Shown piece by piece: positions 29,313 through 39,629 of a DNA stretch of 64,000 nucleotides. The stretch is from an uncultured Alphaproteobacteria bacterium (GTDB lineage: Bacteria; Pseudomonadota; Alphaproteobacteria; RF32; CAG-239). The DNA lies in the NCBI GenBank assembly GCA_944391705.1, contig CALXUN010000003.1:26208-90207 (forward strand), in the 5' to 3' direction. How positions within the stretch are numbered: position 1 is the stretch's first letter; each line of letters begins with the position of its first letter. The notes below the pieces were generated by a model. The model had not been told where the DNA came from and searched no databases. It worked only from the letters and a program-made list of their open reading frames with translations. The translations under genes were made by a program, and so were the position numbers.

Positions 29313-30190
29313 TATTCCAGCAGACATTTACCGGCATCAAAAAAAACTTCTTTTCCAACCGGTAAAATATAACGGCTCTGTTGATGCCCGTAAGAAAAAC
29401 CGTACACCGCCGGAACTTTAAGCCCTGAAACAAAATCCTGTACGATTTCTTCCATCGTTCCGTCGCCGGCATCGGCTTCCATACAATTAACAAACTGCCC
29501 GAGAACAATTCCTTTTATCCGTGCAAAACCCGGCTGTAGACTAAGTTGTTTAAGCATTCGCTCCACTTTGTAAGTTTTTTCGCCGACATCCTCAAGCAGT
29601 AAAATTTTATCACTTAAATCCGGGAAATACGGCGTTCCGCATAAACTGCAAAACACGCTTAAACATCCGCCGATCATAACCCCTGTTGCTTTTCCGGCTT
29701 GTAAACACATACCGCCGGTAATTTTTTGTTTATTCCCTGTAAAAACTGCTAATAACGATTTTTCAATTTGTTCATCCAACCTGCCGGACTTAAAATCATA
29801 AGCCGGCAAAAATCCGGTATAAGATACATTGCCGGACTTAGTATAAAGGGCATTTTGCAAAGCCGTTGAATCGCTTAAGCCGAAAACCGGTTTCGGCATT
29901 TTTTGTACCAGAGAATAATCAATTCCGTCCAGCATATTCAGGCCTCCCGCACCGCCGCGAACGCAAAACAGAGCCTTAATATCCGGTCTTAAAAAACACT
30001 CATTGACATCGGCTGCTCTCTGGGCATTACTTCCGGCCATATAGCGATATGTTGAAAAAACATGCGGCATAACTTCAACGGCATAACCTTTATTTTCAAA
30101 CCATTTCAAAGCCGGCAAAATTTCTTTCTCATCAACTGCCGATGACGGCGCAATGAAAGCAATTTTATCTCCTTTTTCAAGCAGCTTCAT
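29309..30190 (-). CDS. ldcA: LD-carboxypeptidase (muropeptide recycling)
   Basis: S66-family layout: IAPSS..., GYAVEVMPHVF, a Ser/His/Glu triad context, and GFSYGHQQ. Confidence 0.8.
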   Translation of the reverse strand: MKLLEKGDKIAFIAPSSAVDEKEILPALKWFENKGYAVEVMPHVFSTYRYMAGSNAQRAADVNECFLRPDIKALFCVRGGAGGLNMLDGIDYSLVQKMPKPVFGLSDSTALQNALYTKSGNVSYTGFLPAYDFKSGRLDEQIEKSLLAVFTGNKQKITGGMCLQAGKATGVMIGGCLSVFCSLCGTPYFPDLSDKILLLEDVGEKTYKVERMLKQLSLQPGFARIKGIVLGQFVNCMEADAGDGTMEEIVQDFVSGLKVPAVYGFSYGHQQSRYILPVGKEVFFDAGKCLLEY

Positions 30191-31556
30191 TTTTTATTCC
30201 TTCCAAAATCTGTCGGCAAAAATCCGGCAGGGAATTATCCCGCGCCCCCATAATGACGATACGGTCTCCCGGTTCAGCCAAAGCAGTTAACCTGTGTTTT
30301 ATTTCTTCCCTGGTCTGATAAAATTCGGCATCAACCCCCAAAGAAACGGCATAATCAACCAAATCTTTGGAGGAAATATCCCTTTTCACCGTACCGCCGG
30401 CATAATATATTTCCGGTATAAACAACCGGTCATCTGAAGACAAAGCATCGGCAAAACTTTGCATAATTTCTTTACCCATCATCCGCATCGGCGAAAATCC
30501 GTGCGGTTGAAACATGATAAGAAGCCTTCCCGGATAATCCCGCAAGGCACTTAAAGAAGCGGCCACTTTTCCCGGATTATGGGCAAAATCATCAATAACC
30601 GTTATACCGTTACAAGTACCGATAACATCAAGCCGGCGCTTGGTACCGGTAAATTCCTGCAAAACTTTTGCCGCTTCAAATTTATCAATACCGAAAAAAC
30701 TGCAGGCGGCAATGGCTGCGGCAGCATTAACAGCATTAAAAGCACCCGGCAGTTTTAATTTAAAATCCTGCCCGTCAATTTTATAACTCAAACCGTCCGG
30801 CCGGGCTTTCATATCATACACATAAACCCCGGCAGCAGGGTTTTGAGCTGAAAAAGTAACCGTATTCGGATTTTTTCCGATTAACATCTTTGAATGCGGA
30901 CAATCCAGATTAATTACCGCACCGCCCGCGGCTTTTGCTACAAAATCGCCGAACAGTTTTTGCAGTTCGTTAATTTCCTTATGGTCAAGAGATATATTAT
31001 TAACCACAGCCACATAAGGCGTATATTTTTCTATGGAACCGTCGCTTTCATCGGCTTCTACCACGCAAGTTTCACCCGAATTAAGAACGACATTGGCTAT
31101 ACCCGGCCGCCCGGCGTAATTTTTTAACAATCCGCCGTTAATAACCAGCGGTTTTTTGCCCAGTCGGTCAAGCACAAAGCCAATCATGGCGGTAACGGTC
31201 GTTTTTCCGCTGGTACCGCCGACGGCAATGCCGTATTTGTATGCATTAAAAATTTCCGCCAGCAAATCCGAACGTTTTTTTATCGGAATATGTTTATCAA
31301 GCGCGGCTTTAACATCAGGAATTGTATCTTCCACTGCCGTCGATACATACAAACAGTCCAAATCATCACTGACGGCTGTCCCGTCCTGCGGAAAGATTTT
31401 AATACCGACGCTTTCCAGAGCCTGTTTGTTTTCCAGGTCTTTACCCTGGTCAAAACTCCTATCCGAACCCCTGACCTCATACCCTTTGCTTTTTAAGACC
31501 TGGGCCAAAGCACTCATACCGCTGCCGGATATACCGCAAAAACTGACTTTTACCAT
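30177..31556 (-). CDS. mpl: UDP-N-acetylmuramate:L-alanyl-gamma-D-glutamyl-meso-DAP ligase (Mpl) / MurC-family ligase
   Basis: GISGSGMSALA (N-terminal dinucleotide-binding fold), GTSGKTT P-loop, and Mur-ligase central and C-terminal domains. Overlaps ldcA, which is the typical mpl-ldcA recycling pair. Confidence 0.8.
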   Translation of the reverse strand: MVKVSFCGISGSGMSALAQVLKSKGYEVRGSDRSFDQGKDLENKQALESVGIKIFPQDGTAVSDDLDCLYVSTAVEDTIPDVKAALDKHIPIKKRSDLLAEIFNAYKYGIAVGGTSGKTTVTAMIGFVLDRLGKKPLVINGGLLKNYAGRPGIANVVLNSGETCVVEADESDGSIEKYTPYVAVVNNISLDHKEINELQKLFGDFVAKAAGGAVINLDCPHSKMLIGKNPNTVTFSAQNPAAGVYVYDMKARPDGLSYKIDGQDFKLKLPGAFNAVNAAAAIAACSFFGIDKFEAAKVLQEFTGTKRRLDVIGTCNGITVIDDFAHNPGKVAASLSALRDYPGRLLIMFQPHGFSPMRMMGKEIMQSFADALSSDDRLFIPEIYYAGGTVKRDISSKDLVDYAVSLGVDAEFYQTREEIKHRLTALAEPGDRIVIMGARDNSLPDFCRQILEGIKNEAA

Positions 31557-31576
31557 GTTTGTCGTCCTAGTAAAAT

Positions 31577-32398
31577 CTATAATGCGTCATACAATTCTTC
31601 CATTTCTTTCCGGCCGGCCGAAAGATTTTTATAATCAACCACGATATATGTCTTGTCATCACCGTCAGCAAGCAATGCCAGCGTTACGCCGACCGAACTG
31701 TTTTCAAACGTTGCATAAAGTGTTGCCTCGCCGGTAATGAGTTTTTGCAAAAATCCGTCGGCGCCTTTGGGCATTTCCTGCTGCGTGCTGACAACAGACT
31801 GCGTGCCGTCGGCATTTGTAACCGTTTCATCAACATTAACCACAGCCGGCGTATAAAACTCATGAGCATTGCCATATTTTTTTTCAAGCAATTGATAATA
31901 CTTGCGGTATTCTTTCAGACCTTTGGCCGCCGTACTGTCATCATCAATAAATTTTCCATAGGCTTCAATCCGCCATAAAGCATCATCTTCACCAAAACTG
32001 ACCAGAACTTCCCTAAATGCCGAAACCGGATTCGGCAAATTTGTGGCAATATACGAATTCGGCATATCTTTTCGCTCAACCGGTTCCAGACGAACGTGCA
32101 GATATTCAATTTCATCAACGGTTGCCAGCCATTTCAGACCCAGCGGCGCCGGCTCGCGGATAACCGGAGCAGCCTTTTCGGTTTCCACCCGTTCCACACG
32201 GAGTTTTTTGCGTTCAACCCGCAAGGCCTTCGGCTTGCTGTCCAAAATTTTTCCGGCCTCAAACTGCCCGTTTTCACCGACCTGTTCCTGCTTCATTTCA
32301 TCAGATACGATAAGATCGCCGAAAAAATCTTCCGCGGCCTGCGCCCTGCTTAAGAAGGCAAGGTTAGCCGCCACAATAAAACCCAAAATCTTTTTCAT
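31577..32398 (-). CDS. periplasmic hypothetical protein
   Basis: Signal peptide MKKILGFIVAANLAFLSRAQA. Confidence 0.5.
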   Translation of the reverse strand: MKKILGFIVAANLAFLSRAQAAEDFFGDLIVSDEMKQEQVGENGQFEAGKILDSKPKALRVERKKLRVERVETEKAAPVIREPAPLGLKWLATVDEIEYLHVRLEPVERKDMPNSYIATNLPNPVSAFREVLVSFGEDDALWRIEAYGKFIDDDSTAAKGLKEYRKYYQLLEKKYGNAHEFYTPAVVNVDETVTNADGTQSVVSTQQEMPKGADGFLQKLITGEATLYATFENSSVGVTLALLADGDDKTYIVVDYKNLSAGRKEMEELYDAL

Positions 32399-32503
32399 AA
32401 AAAATCTCCTTGTATCTTAAAGAAAAAAATTGAACAGTGTTCATTTTTATTATATCTTGAAGTATAATACATCAAATTTGTTAATTTAAATATAAGATTT
32501 AAC

Positions 32504-33097
32504 ATGGGTAAAGACAATATACAGGAAAATTTAGTCAACAAAGGCCGGGCGCTTATTCAGGAAAAAGGCGCCGAATTTTTAACAGCCAGAAAGCTTTCCG
32601 AAGCTTCCGGCTATTCGGTCGGCACCATTTACAACCAGTTCGGCAACATGGACAACTTTATTTTAATCCAAAACTATCTGACTTTGGACGCCCTTTATAA
32701 CCGTTTGGCAAAACTCCGGGCATCAGGCACGGCCTACCAGCGCTTAAACCTTTATGCGCAGGAATTCATTGATTTTGTTTTGGAAAATAAAAATCTGTGG
32801 TTTTTGGTGCACAATTTTCATTTACATAACAACAACCGCCGTTTCTCCAAAATTTATCTGCGCCGCGTGGTAGAAATAACCCAGCTGGTAGAAAATGCTT
32901 TTAAATCATTGTTTCCGGACATTCCTCTCCCGGAACGGATTTTGTCTTTACAGGTTTTGTGGCTGTCTTTATTTTCTTTAAGCGCTTTTTTAACCACCGA
33001 TACGCTTGACAGTTTCTCCAAGATCAACAAACGCTCATTGTGTGAACTGCTTTTAAATACCTATCTTGCCGGCATGAAGGTTTTGGAAAAACTCTGA
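32504..33097 (+). CDS. TetR-family transcriptional regulator
   Basis: N-terminal HTH ...FLTARKLSEASGYSVGTIYNQFGNMD. Confidence 0.8.
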   Translation: MGKDNIQENLVNKGRALIQEKGAEFLTARKLSEASGYSVGTIYNQFGNMDNFILIQNYLTLDALYNRLAKLRASGTAYQRLNLYAQEFIDFVLENKNLWFLVHNFHLHNNNRRFSKIYLRRVVEITQLVENAFKSLFPDIPLPERILSLQVLWLSLFSLSAFLTTDTLDSFSKINKRSLCELLLNTYLAGMKVLEKL

Positions 33098-33112
33098 TTT
33101 TGGAGGCTGTTA

Positions 33113-33673
33113 ATGGATTTTGCCAGACTTTTTTTTCATAAAATCGGATTGTTTCTAAACAGTCCGGACACATTGGAAATGGTTGTCAACAACCGCTTTT
33201 TGATGATTTTGCTGGTCATTGTCCTCTTAAAGATGAAATATGCCACATATTCCAGCATGTGGGTCAGCGCCATTGTAAACATTCCCGGCACAATTTTGCA
33301 TGAAAGCATGCATTTTCTTGTCGGCCTGCTGTTAAACGCTTACCCGACGACTTTTGATTTAATTCCCCGCAAAGACGGTTTCGGCAATTATGTTATGGGC
33401 AGCGTGGGTTTCCGCAACGTAACCTTTTATAATGCCCTGCCGGCAGCATTGGCTCCTTTGTTTCTGCTGCCGATAGGTTATTATTTCAACCGCTGGTACT
33501 TTAACAACATTGATATTTCGCTTGGCAATTACTTGTTATATATTCTTTTGCAAACCGTCATCATTGAAAATGCCGTTCCTTCCACAACTGATTTTAAAGT
33601 CGGGTTTTCGTATCCGGCCGGCATACTTTTATACAGTGCCGTCTTCGTTTTCGCCATAATTTATATTCTGTAG
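33113..33673 (+). CDS. membrane protein with HExxH (HESMHF), related in architecture to 28650-29312
   Basis: TM helices plus an HExxH motif. Confidence 0.5.
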   Translation: MDFARLFFHKIGLFLNSPDTLEMVVNNRFLMILLVIVLLKMKYATYSSMWVSAIVNIPGTILHESMHFLVGLLLNAYPTTFDLIPRKDGFGNYVMGSVGFRNVTFYNALPAALAPLFLLPIGYYFNRWYFNNIDISLGNYLLYILLQTVIIENAVPSTTDFKVGFSYPAGILLYSAVFVFAIIYIL

Positions 33674-33675
33674 AT

Positions 33676-35031
33676 TTAGCTTTGTTCAAGCGCCTGGACC
33701 ACTTCTTCGGTGACAACTTTGGCATCACCGTAAAGCATAATGGTATTATCGGCATAAAACAGCGGATTATCCGCACCCGAATAGCCGGGATTAAGCGAAC
33801 GTTTTACAAAAAAAACCGTTTTGGCTTTTTTAACATCCAAAACCGGCATGCCGTAAAGCGGTGAACTTTTATCGGTTTTAGCTGCCGGATTGGTAATATC
33901 ATTGGCCCCGATAACATAAGCGGCATCGGCAGTGGCAAACTCCCGGTTAATATCTTCCAGCTCAAAGACATCATCATATGAAACATCAGCCTCAGCCAAA
34001 AGCACGTTCATATGTCCCGGCATGCGTCCGGCAACCGGATGAATGGCAAACTTAACCTCAACACCGTATTTATCGCGTAAAATTGCCGCCATTGCCTGCA
34101 CGGCATATTGTGCCTGTGCTGCAGCCATACCGAAACCGGGTACGATAATCACTTTGGCAGCATTTTCCAATATAAATGCCGCATCCCGCGGATCACCGGC
34201 TTTGGCTGATTTCTGTCCTGTAATAACGGATTGTCCGGCAGCATGCCCTCCTTTAAACAAAACTTCCCGAAACGAACGATTCATGGCCTTGGTCATAATC
34301 AAAGCCAAAATCGTACCACTGGCCCCGACAATGGCGCCGGTCATAATTAACACCGTATTGGCAAGCGAAAACCCGATTCCGGCCGCCGCCCAGCCGGAGC
34401 AGGCATTTAAAATTGCAATAACAATCGGCATATCAGCCCCGCCGACCGGCAGAGTAACGGCTGCACCCCAAATTAATGTAACAAGCAGCAGCCAGACGGC
34501 CGCCGCCAGACCTTCCCCGTTTAAAAAGACAGCCCATAACCCGATTAAAGCCAGAGTTATCAATCCGTTAAATACATTTTGGTACCTAAATTGTCCGAAA
34601 GAAGAAAGCCCCCCCTGCAATTTGGCAAAAGCAACCAAAGAACCGGAAAATGCCAAACCACCAACGACCAGGCCGACGGAAGCTTCAAAACCATAAGACG
34701 TTGCCTGCAAAATTTCTGCAAGTCCGATTAAAGCCGATGCCAGACCGCCCAGACCGTTAAAAGCGGCAATCATTTGCGGCAGCGCCGTCATTTTCACTTT
34801 TAAGGCACTGATTGTGCCGACAATGCCGCCGGCACAGATTGCCGCCAGCACGGCACCGTAATGGAACAACGGCAAAAACCAAACCGTCGCCCCGACCGAA
34901 AGCGCCATGCCGATAATGCCCAAAACATTGCCTGATCTGGCTGTTTGCGGAGAAGCAAGCCCGCGAATAGCCAGAATAAACAAACATCCGGCCGCCAGAT
35001 ATAAAAGAAAAAGCTCCTCTCCTTGCATCAT
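33676..35031 (-). CDS. pntB: NAD(P) transhydrogenase subunit beta
   Basis: About 9 TM helices plus the C-terminal NADP(H)-binding domain (dIII) ...IIVPGFGMAAAQAQ... Confidence 0.9.
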   Translation of the reverse strand: MMQGEELFLLYLAAGCLFILAIRGLASPQTARSGNVLGIIGMALSVGATVWFLPLFHYGAVLAAICAGGIVGTISALKVKMTALPQMIAAFNGLGGLASALIGLAEILQATSYGFEASVGLVVGGLAFSGSLVAFAKLQGGLSSFGQFRYQNVFNGLITLALIGLWAVFLNGEGLAAAVWLLLVTLIWGAAVTLPVGGADMPIVIAILNACSGWAAAGIGFSLANTVLIMTGAIVGASGTILALIMTKAMNRSFREVLFKGGHAAGQSVITGQKSAKAGDPRDAAFILENAAKVIIVPGFGMAAAQAQYAVQAMAAILRDKYGVEVKFAIHPVAGRMPGHMNVLLAEADVSYDDVFELEDINREFATADAAYVIGANDITNPAAKTDKSSPLYGMPVLDVKKAKTVFFVKRSLNPGYSGADNPLFYADNTIMLYGDAKVVTEEVVQALEQS

Positions 35032-35312
35032 TTTTTCTCCCTTTTTTTAAACAATGACAGCATTCTCTGCGAAACGGCAAAACCGCCGAAAACATTAACG
35101 GCAGCCAGAAATATTGCTGCCAGGCTTAAAAATTCCGCCATTGGCACACGGACATACGATGCGGTTAAAAGCGCACCGATAATCACAATGCCGGAAATGG
35201 CATTGGATACGCTCATCAAAGGCGAATGCAGCGCCGGGGTCACGCCCCGCACCACAAAATAACCGATAAAACAGGAAAGAATGAAAATTGCCAGCAAATA
35301 TAAAAACGTCAT
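35028..35312 (-). CDS. pntAB: NAD(P) transhydrogenase subunit alpha part 2 (membrane)
   Basis: 94-aa membrane peptide sitting between pntAA and pntB (three-gene split pnt arrangement). Confidence 0.85.
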   Translation of the reverse strand: MTFLYLLAIFILSCFIGYFVVRGVTPALHSPLMSVSNAISGIVIIGALLTASYVRVPMAEFLSLAAIFLAAVNVFGGFAVSQRMLSLFKKREKK

Positions 35313-36391
35313 TGTTTCTTTCTCCTTTTTGCCTGCGGTTTGACAATGCGGATTGCCGCCATAATTTCATCATCGGCTGAAATATTAAAGGCCGTACCAC
35401 CATAAGTGCTTATTAAATTCCAGACATTGCCGGAAAACAGTCGGCTGGCCGAATTGGGAAGTTTTGTTGCCAGATTTTCATCTTGGATAAAAACAATATC
35501 CGGCCGGAGGTTTTTACCGGCTACATTGCCGCCGGATATATCTACCACCACCGGATTGCCGGGCATACCGGCAAGCATTTTATCATCTGCCAGAAGCGGC
35601 GCCTTTTTACCGGCAGAAAAAGCCGTTGTGATTAAAATATCGGTTTGCTTCAACTGCTCGGCGACAATTCTCTTTTGCCTTAAAAGAAAATCCCGGCTGA
35701 CCCCGGCAGCATAACCTTTTTTGTTTTCAAAATCGGCATTGGCATCAACCGTCAAAAACTTTACGCCCAGCGATTCTGCCTGTTCTTTGGCTGCAGCCCG
35801 CACATCGGACACATAAACCACTGCACCTAAGCGCTTCAAGGTGGACGCAGCCTGCAACCCAGCCACACCGGCGCCCAAAATCAAAGCTTTTGCCGGAGCA
35901 ATCGTCCCGGCCGGCGTCATCATCAGCGCCGTGCCGCGGTTGAGTAAGTCAACTGCCAATATGGCCGCCTTGTATCCGGCCAAATTGCTTTGCGATGATA
36001 AAATATCCATCCCCTGTGCCCGGGAAATCCGGGGCATTTTTTCCAATGCCAGCACATCAATTCCGAGTGTAGATAAAGATTGTGCATACTCCGGATGATG
36101 GTATGTTTCCATATCCGCCATTAAAATCTGTCCGGCATGCAGCAACGGAAAATCCTTTTTTGGAAGACACCATATTTTAATCAGAATATCGGCCTGCCTT
36201 AAAATCTTTTCGCGGCTTACAATATTTCCGCCGGCAACACGATAGAACTCATCAGGAAACCCCGCCGATTGACCGGCTTCTTTTTCAACCAATACTTCAA
36301 ATCCGGCAGCCGTATATTTTTTGACCGTATCCGGCACCGCCGCTACCCGGGTTTCGCCTTTTCTTTCCTCTTTTAAAATGCCGATAATCAT
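35309..36391 (-). CDS. pntAA: NAD(P) transhydrogenase subunit alpha part 1 (dI, NAD(H)-binding)
   Basis: MIIGILKEERKGETRVA... and the Rossmann motif LILGAGVAGLQA. Confidence 0.9.
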   Translation of the reverse strand: MIIGILKEERKGETRVAAVPDTVKKYTAAGFEVLVEKEAGQSAGFPDEFYRVAGGNIVSREKILRQADILIKIWCLPKKDFPLLHAGQILMADMETYHHPEYAQSLSTLGIDVLALEKMPRISRAQGMDILSSQSNLAGYKAAILAVDLLNRGTALMMTPAGTIAPAKALILGAGVAGLQAASTLKRLGAVVYVSDVRAAAKEQAESLGVKFLTVDANADFENKKGYAAGVSRDFLLRQKRIVAEQLKQTDILITTAFSAGKKAPLLADDKMLAGMPGNPVVVDISGGNVAGKNLRPDIVFIQDENLATKLPNSASRLFSGNVWNLISTYGGTAFNISADDEIMAAIRIVKPQAKRRKKQ

Positions 36392-36488
36392 AATTTTAAA
36401 ACTTTCTCTGTCGTTGTGTAAAAAAACTTTTCTTTATAGTTATTTTAATATAACATCACTTTGTTTCATAAACAGGGGAACTGCCAAA

Positions 36489-37070
36489 ATGAATATATTA
36501 TGGAAACTTTTCGCCTCGTTTTTTAAAACCGGTCTGTTTACTTTCGGCGGCGGATACGCCATGCTGCCGCTTTTAAAAGCCGAAGTGGTTGAAAAACAGA
36601 AATGGGCAACCGAAGATGAGCTTTTGGATTACTTCTCAATCGGCCAGTGTACGCCGGGAATTATTGCCGTTAACGTTTCCACCTTTTGCGGTTACAAACT
36701 CAAAGGCGTTATCGGTGCCATAACCGCCACCACCGCCATTATCCTGCCGTCGCTTATCATCATCACCTTAATTGCCGCCGTTTTGGAAAAGTATATGCAC
36801 CTGCCGGTTGTTGCCAGTGCTTTTGCCGGAATCCGCTTAGGGGTTACCGCCCTGCTTGCCGGCCTCATTTTCGACATGGGGAAAAAAATATTTTCAAAAA
36901 ACCCACACTGGCACCTGCACGCCGCCATCTTCACTGCAGCCTTTGCTCTGCTGATTTTTGGAAACGTATCTGCGGTTCTGATTGTAATTATGGCCGCCGC
37001 TGCCGGATTTATTCCCCGCTTTTGCCGCATAAAAGAAAAAACAGGACCGGAGGAAAACAATAAAAAATGA
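36489..37070 (+). CDS. chrA: chromate transporter (CHR) family, N-terminal half-size protein
   Basis: FFKTGLFTFGGGYAMLPLL is the CHR signature. Start moved to MNILWKL at 36489. Confidence 0.8.
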   Translation: MNILWKLFASFFKTGLFTFGGGYAMLPLLKAEVVEKQKWATEDELLDYFSIGQCTPGIIAVNVSTFCGYKLKGVIGAITATTAIILPSLIIITLIAAVLEKYMHLPVVASAFAGIRLGVTALLAGLIFDMGKKIFSKNPHWHLHAAIFTAAFALLIFGNVSAVLIVIMAAAAGFIPRFCRIKEKTGPEENNKK

Positions 37071-37585
37071 TATACTGGCTGCTGTTTTACGAATTTTTCA
37101 AAATCGGGCTGTTTGCCATCGGCGGCGGTGCGGTTACAATTCCTTTTTTATTTGATTTAAGTGAACAATATCATTGGTTTACCACCGAACAACTGGTTAA
37201 CATGATTGCCGTTTCGGAATCAACACCCGGCCCGCTGGGTGTTAATATGGCTACCTTTACCGGTTACCAGACTGCCGGAATTTCAGGCGGCATTATTGCC
37301 ACAACCGGACTGACCACACCTTCGGTCATTATTATTATCCTGATTGCAAAACTTTTAAGCCGCTTTGCCTGCAACCCGTATGTACAAACCGTTCTTTCCT
37401 CAATCCGGCCGGGAGTGCTGGCTTTAATTCTTTCTGCCGGCTGGCAGATTGCAGACATCAGCATCACCGGATGGCTGCCGGGTGCCGTTTTTGCCGGTAT
37501 CCTGATTACCAGCCGGATTTATAAAACCAGCCCGATTTTTTACATTCTCTTGTCGGCAGTTATCGGTATTGGCTTGCAATTATAG
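37067..37585 (+). CDS. chrA: chromate transporter (CHR) family, C-terminal half-size protein
   Basis: FFKIGLFAIGGGAVTIPFL. The ATGA overlap with the upstream half marks a short-chain CHR pair. Confidence 0.8.
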   Translation: MIYWLLFYEFFKIGLFAIGGGAVTIPFLFDLSEQYHWFTTEQLVNMIAVSESTPGPLGVNMATFTGYQTAGISGGIIATTGLTTPSVIIIILIAKLLSRFACNPYVQTVLSSIRPGVLALILSAGWQIADISITGWLPGAVFAGILITSRIYKTSPIFYILLSAVIGIGLQL

Positions 37586-37621
37586 ACTTTATGCTTATAA
37601 ATAAAGAGTAAGGAGACAAAT

Positions 37622-38638
37622 ATGAAAGATACGGATACGATTTATGACGTCGTCGGCATCGGGAACGCCATGGTTGATGTTTTGGCCAAAGTCGGGGACG
37701 GTTTTTTAACCGAGAGAAATTTGCACAAAGGCGGAATGACCTTGCTTGATGCCGCCACGGCCGGGAAAATTTATCAGGATATCGTGCCTGAACGCGAAGT
37801 TTCCGGCGGTTCGGCAGCCAACACCGTTGCCGGCATGGCATCATTAGGCGCAGACTGTGCTTTTATCGGCAAAGTCCATGATGACGAGCTCGGCCAAAAT
37901 TTCCGCCGCGACATCGGCGCTGCCGGAATTGATTTTTTCACCCCGCCGCTGCTGGAAGGGCCTGCCACCGGACGCAGCATTGTTCTGGTAACCCCCGATG
38001 CGGAGCGTTCCATGTTTACATATCTGGGTGCTGCAACCCGCTTAACCGCGGATGACATTGACGAGAACATTATTAAAGCATCAAAATATGTTTATCTTGA
38101 GGGCTACCTCTGGGATGAAGACAATTCCAAAGAAGCTGTGTTAAAAGCATGTGAAATAGCTCACAAGTACGACCGTAAAGTAGCTTTTACACTGTCTGAC
38201 AAGGGTTGTATTGCCCGACATCAGCCTACAATGCTGGACTTAATCAAAGATCATGTTGATATTTTGTTTGCCAACGAAAAAGAAATTAAAACGCTTTTCG
38301 GAAACGATGACTTTATGGCAACGCTTGATTTAATCAAACCGATGGTTGAAATGGCCGCTATCACGCGCGATGCCCGCGGTTCGGTAATTGTTAACGGCCG
38401 GGTCAAAATTTTTGTTGAGGCCGAACAAATCAGCGATGTTGTCGATTCGACCGGTGCCGGTGATTTATATGCTGCCGGATTTTTATACGGCATGAATACC
38501 GGACGAAGCCTCGGAACCTGCGCCATGATCGGCAGCATTGCCGCGTCGGAAATCATCACCCATTACGGCGCGCGGCCGGAAGTTTCGCTGCGCGGATTTG
38601 TCCGTAACAAGCTGCTGCAATACGGCAAAAAATTTTAA
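37622..38638 (+). CDS. PfkB-family carbohydrate/adenosine kinase
   Basis: VVGIGNAMVD..., GGSAANT, and the C-terminal DSTGAGDLYAAGF (anion hole / catalytic Asp). Confidence 0.8.
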   Translation: MKDTDTIYDVVGIGNAMVDVLAKVGDGFLTERNLHKGGMTLLDAATAGKIYQDIVPEREVSGGSAANTVAGMASLGADCAFIGKVHDDELGQNFRRDIGAAGIDFFTPPLLEGPATGRSIVLVTPDAERSMFTYLGAATRLTADDIDENIIKASKYVYLEGYLWDEDNSKEAVLKACEIAHKYDRKVAFTLSDKGCIARHQPTMLDLIKDHVDILFANEKEIKTLFGNDDFMATLDLIKPMVEMAAITRDARGSVIVNGRVKIFVEAEQISDVVDSTGAGDLYAAGFLYGMNTGRSLGTCAMIGSIAASEIITHYGARPEVSLRGFVRNKLLQYGKKF

Positions 38639-38702
38639 TTTCCGGGGATAACGCTGCGGCATATGACAGCCGGATACGGATATAAAAGTAAAAAGGCAAA
38701 AA

Positions 38703-39611
38703 ATGAAACGCACCAAACACAAAAACATCAACGGTTGGCTGATAATTGATAAACCGGCCGGGATGGGTTCAACCGATGTCGTCAATCAAACCCGTCGTCT
38801 GCTTGATGCCAACAAAAACGGCCATGCCGGTACGCTTGATCCTTTTGCTACCGGTGTTCTGCCGGTTGCTTTCGGTGAAGCAACCAAACTCATCCCGTAT
38901 ATTACCGACGGCAGCAAAGAATATGAATTTACCTTAAAATTCGGTACCGCAACCAATACGGACGATACCGAAGGCGAAGTTATTGCCCGCTCCGATATCA
39001 TCCCGTCAACAGAACAGGTTTTATCTGTTCTGCCGCAATTTACCGGCACGGTTACGCAGATTCCGCCGGCATATTCGGCCATTAAAATCAACGGCGAACG
39101 CGCTTATAAGCTCGCCCGTAAAGGCAAAACCCCTGACATGCCGCCCCGGCAGGTTGAAATTTATAAACTGGAATTGTTAAATCGGTTAAGCGCCGATTCG
39201 TTTTATTTTCGCGTCTGCTGCTCCAAAGGAACTTATATCCGCTCGCTCGGACGGGATATTGCCTTAAAACTCGGTACTTACGGACATTTGCAAGCACTGC
39301 GGCGTACAAAATGCGCAGTTTTTACGCTTGCTGATACGATTTTGCTGGAAAACTTAAAAAATATGGTGTATGAAGAAGAACGATTGTCAAAGCTTCTTCC
39401 GGTTGAGACATCACTGCGCGACATCGCGGTGATTGCCGTTTCGGAAGAAGATGCTGTCAAACTAAGACAAGGACAAAGCGTTTCGCCCAAAACTTATGAG
39501 GTCAAAAGCCTTATTGGGAAAACGGCAGCCGCCATGTGCCGTGATTGTCTGACAGCCGTCGTAAAAATCGAACCGGAAAGAATTTCTCCGATTCGTGTGT
39601 TTAATTTTTAA
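38703..39611 (+). CDS. truB: tRNA pseudouridine(55) synthase
   Basis: GWLIIDKPAGMGSTDVV and GHAGTLDPFATGVL (catalytic Asp). Confidence 0.9.
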   Translation: MKRTKHKNINGWLIIDKPAGMGSTDVVNQTRRLLDANKNGHAGTLDPFATGVLPVAFGEATKLIPYITDGSKEYEFTLKFGTATNTDDTEGEVIARSDIIPSTEQVLSVLPQFTGTVTQIPPAYSAIKINGERAYKLARKGKTPDMPPRQVEIYKLELLNRLSADSFYFRVCCSKGTYIRSLGRDIALKLGTYGHLQALRRTKCAVFTLADTILLENLKNMVYEEERLSKLLPVETSLRDIAVIAVSEEDAVKLRQGQSVSPKTYEVKSLIGKTAAAMCRDCLTAVVKIEPERISPIRVFNF

Positions 39612-39629
39612 TAAAAGAAGGAATTAAAG

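Noticed and set aside
36321-36488. N-terminal extension of the chrA ORF (MTVSGTAATRV…)
   Set aside because: The extension overlaps the pntAA 5' end on the opposite strand. The conserved CHR N-terminus starts at the internal ATG at 36489.
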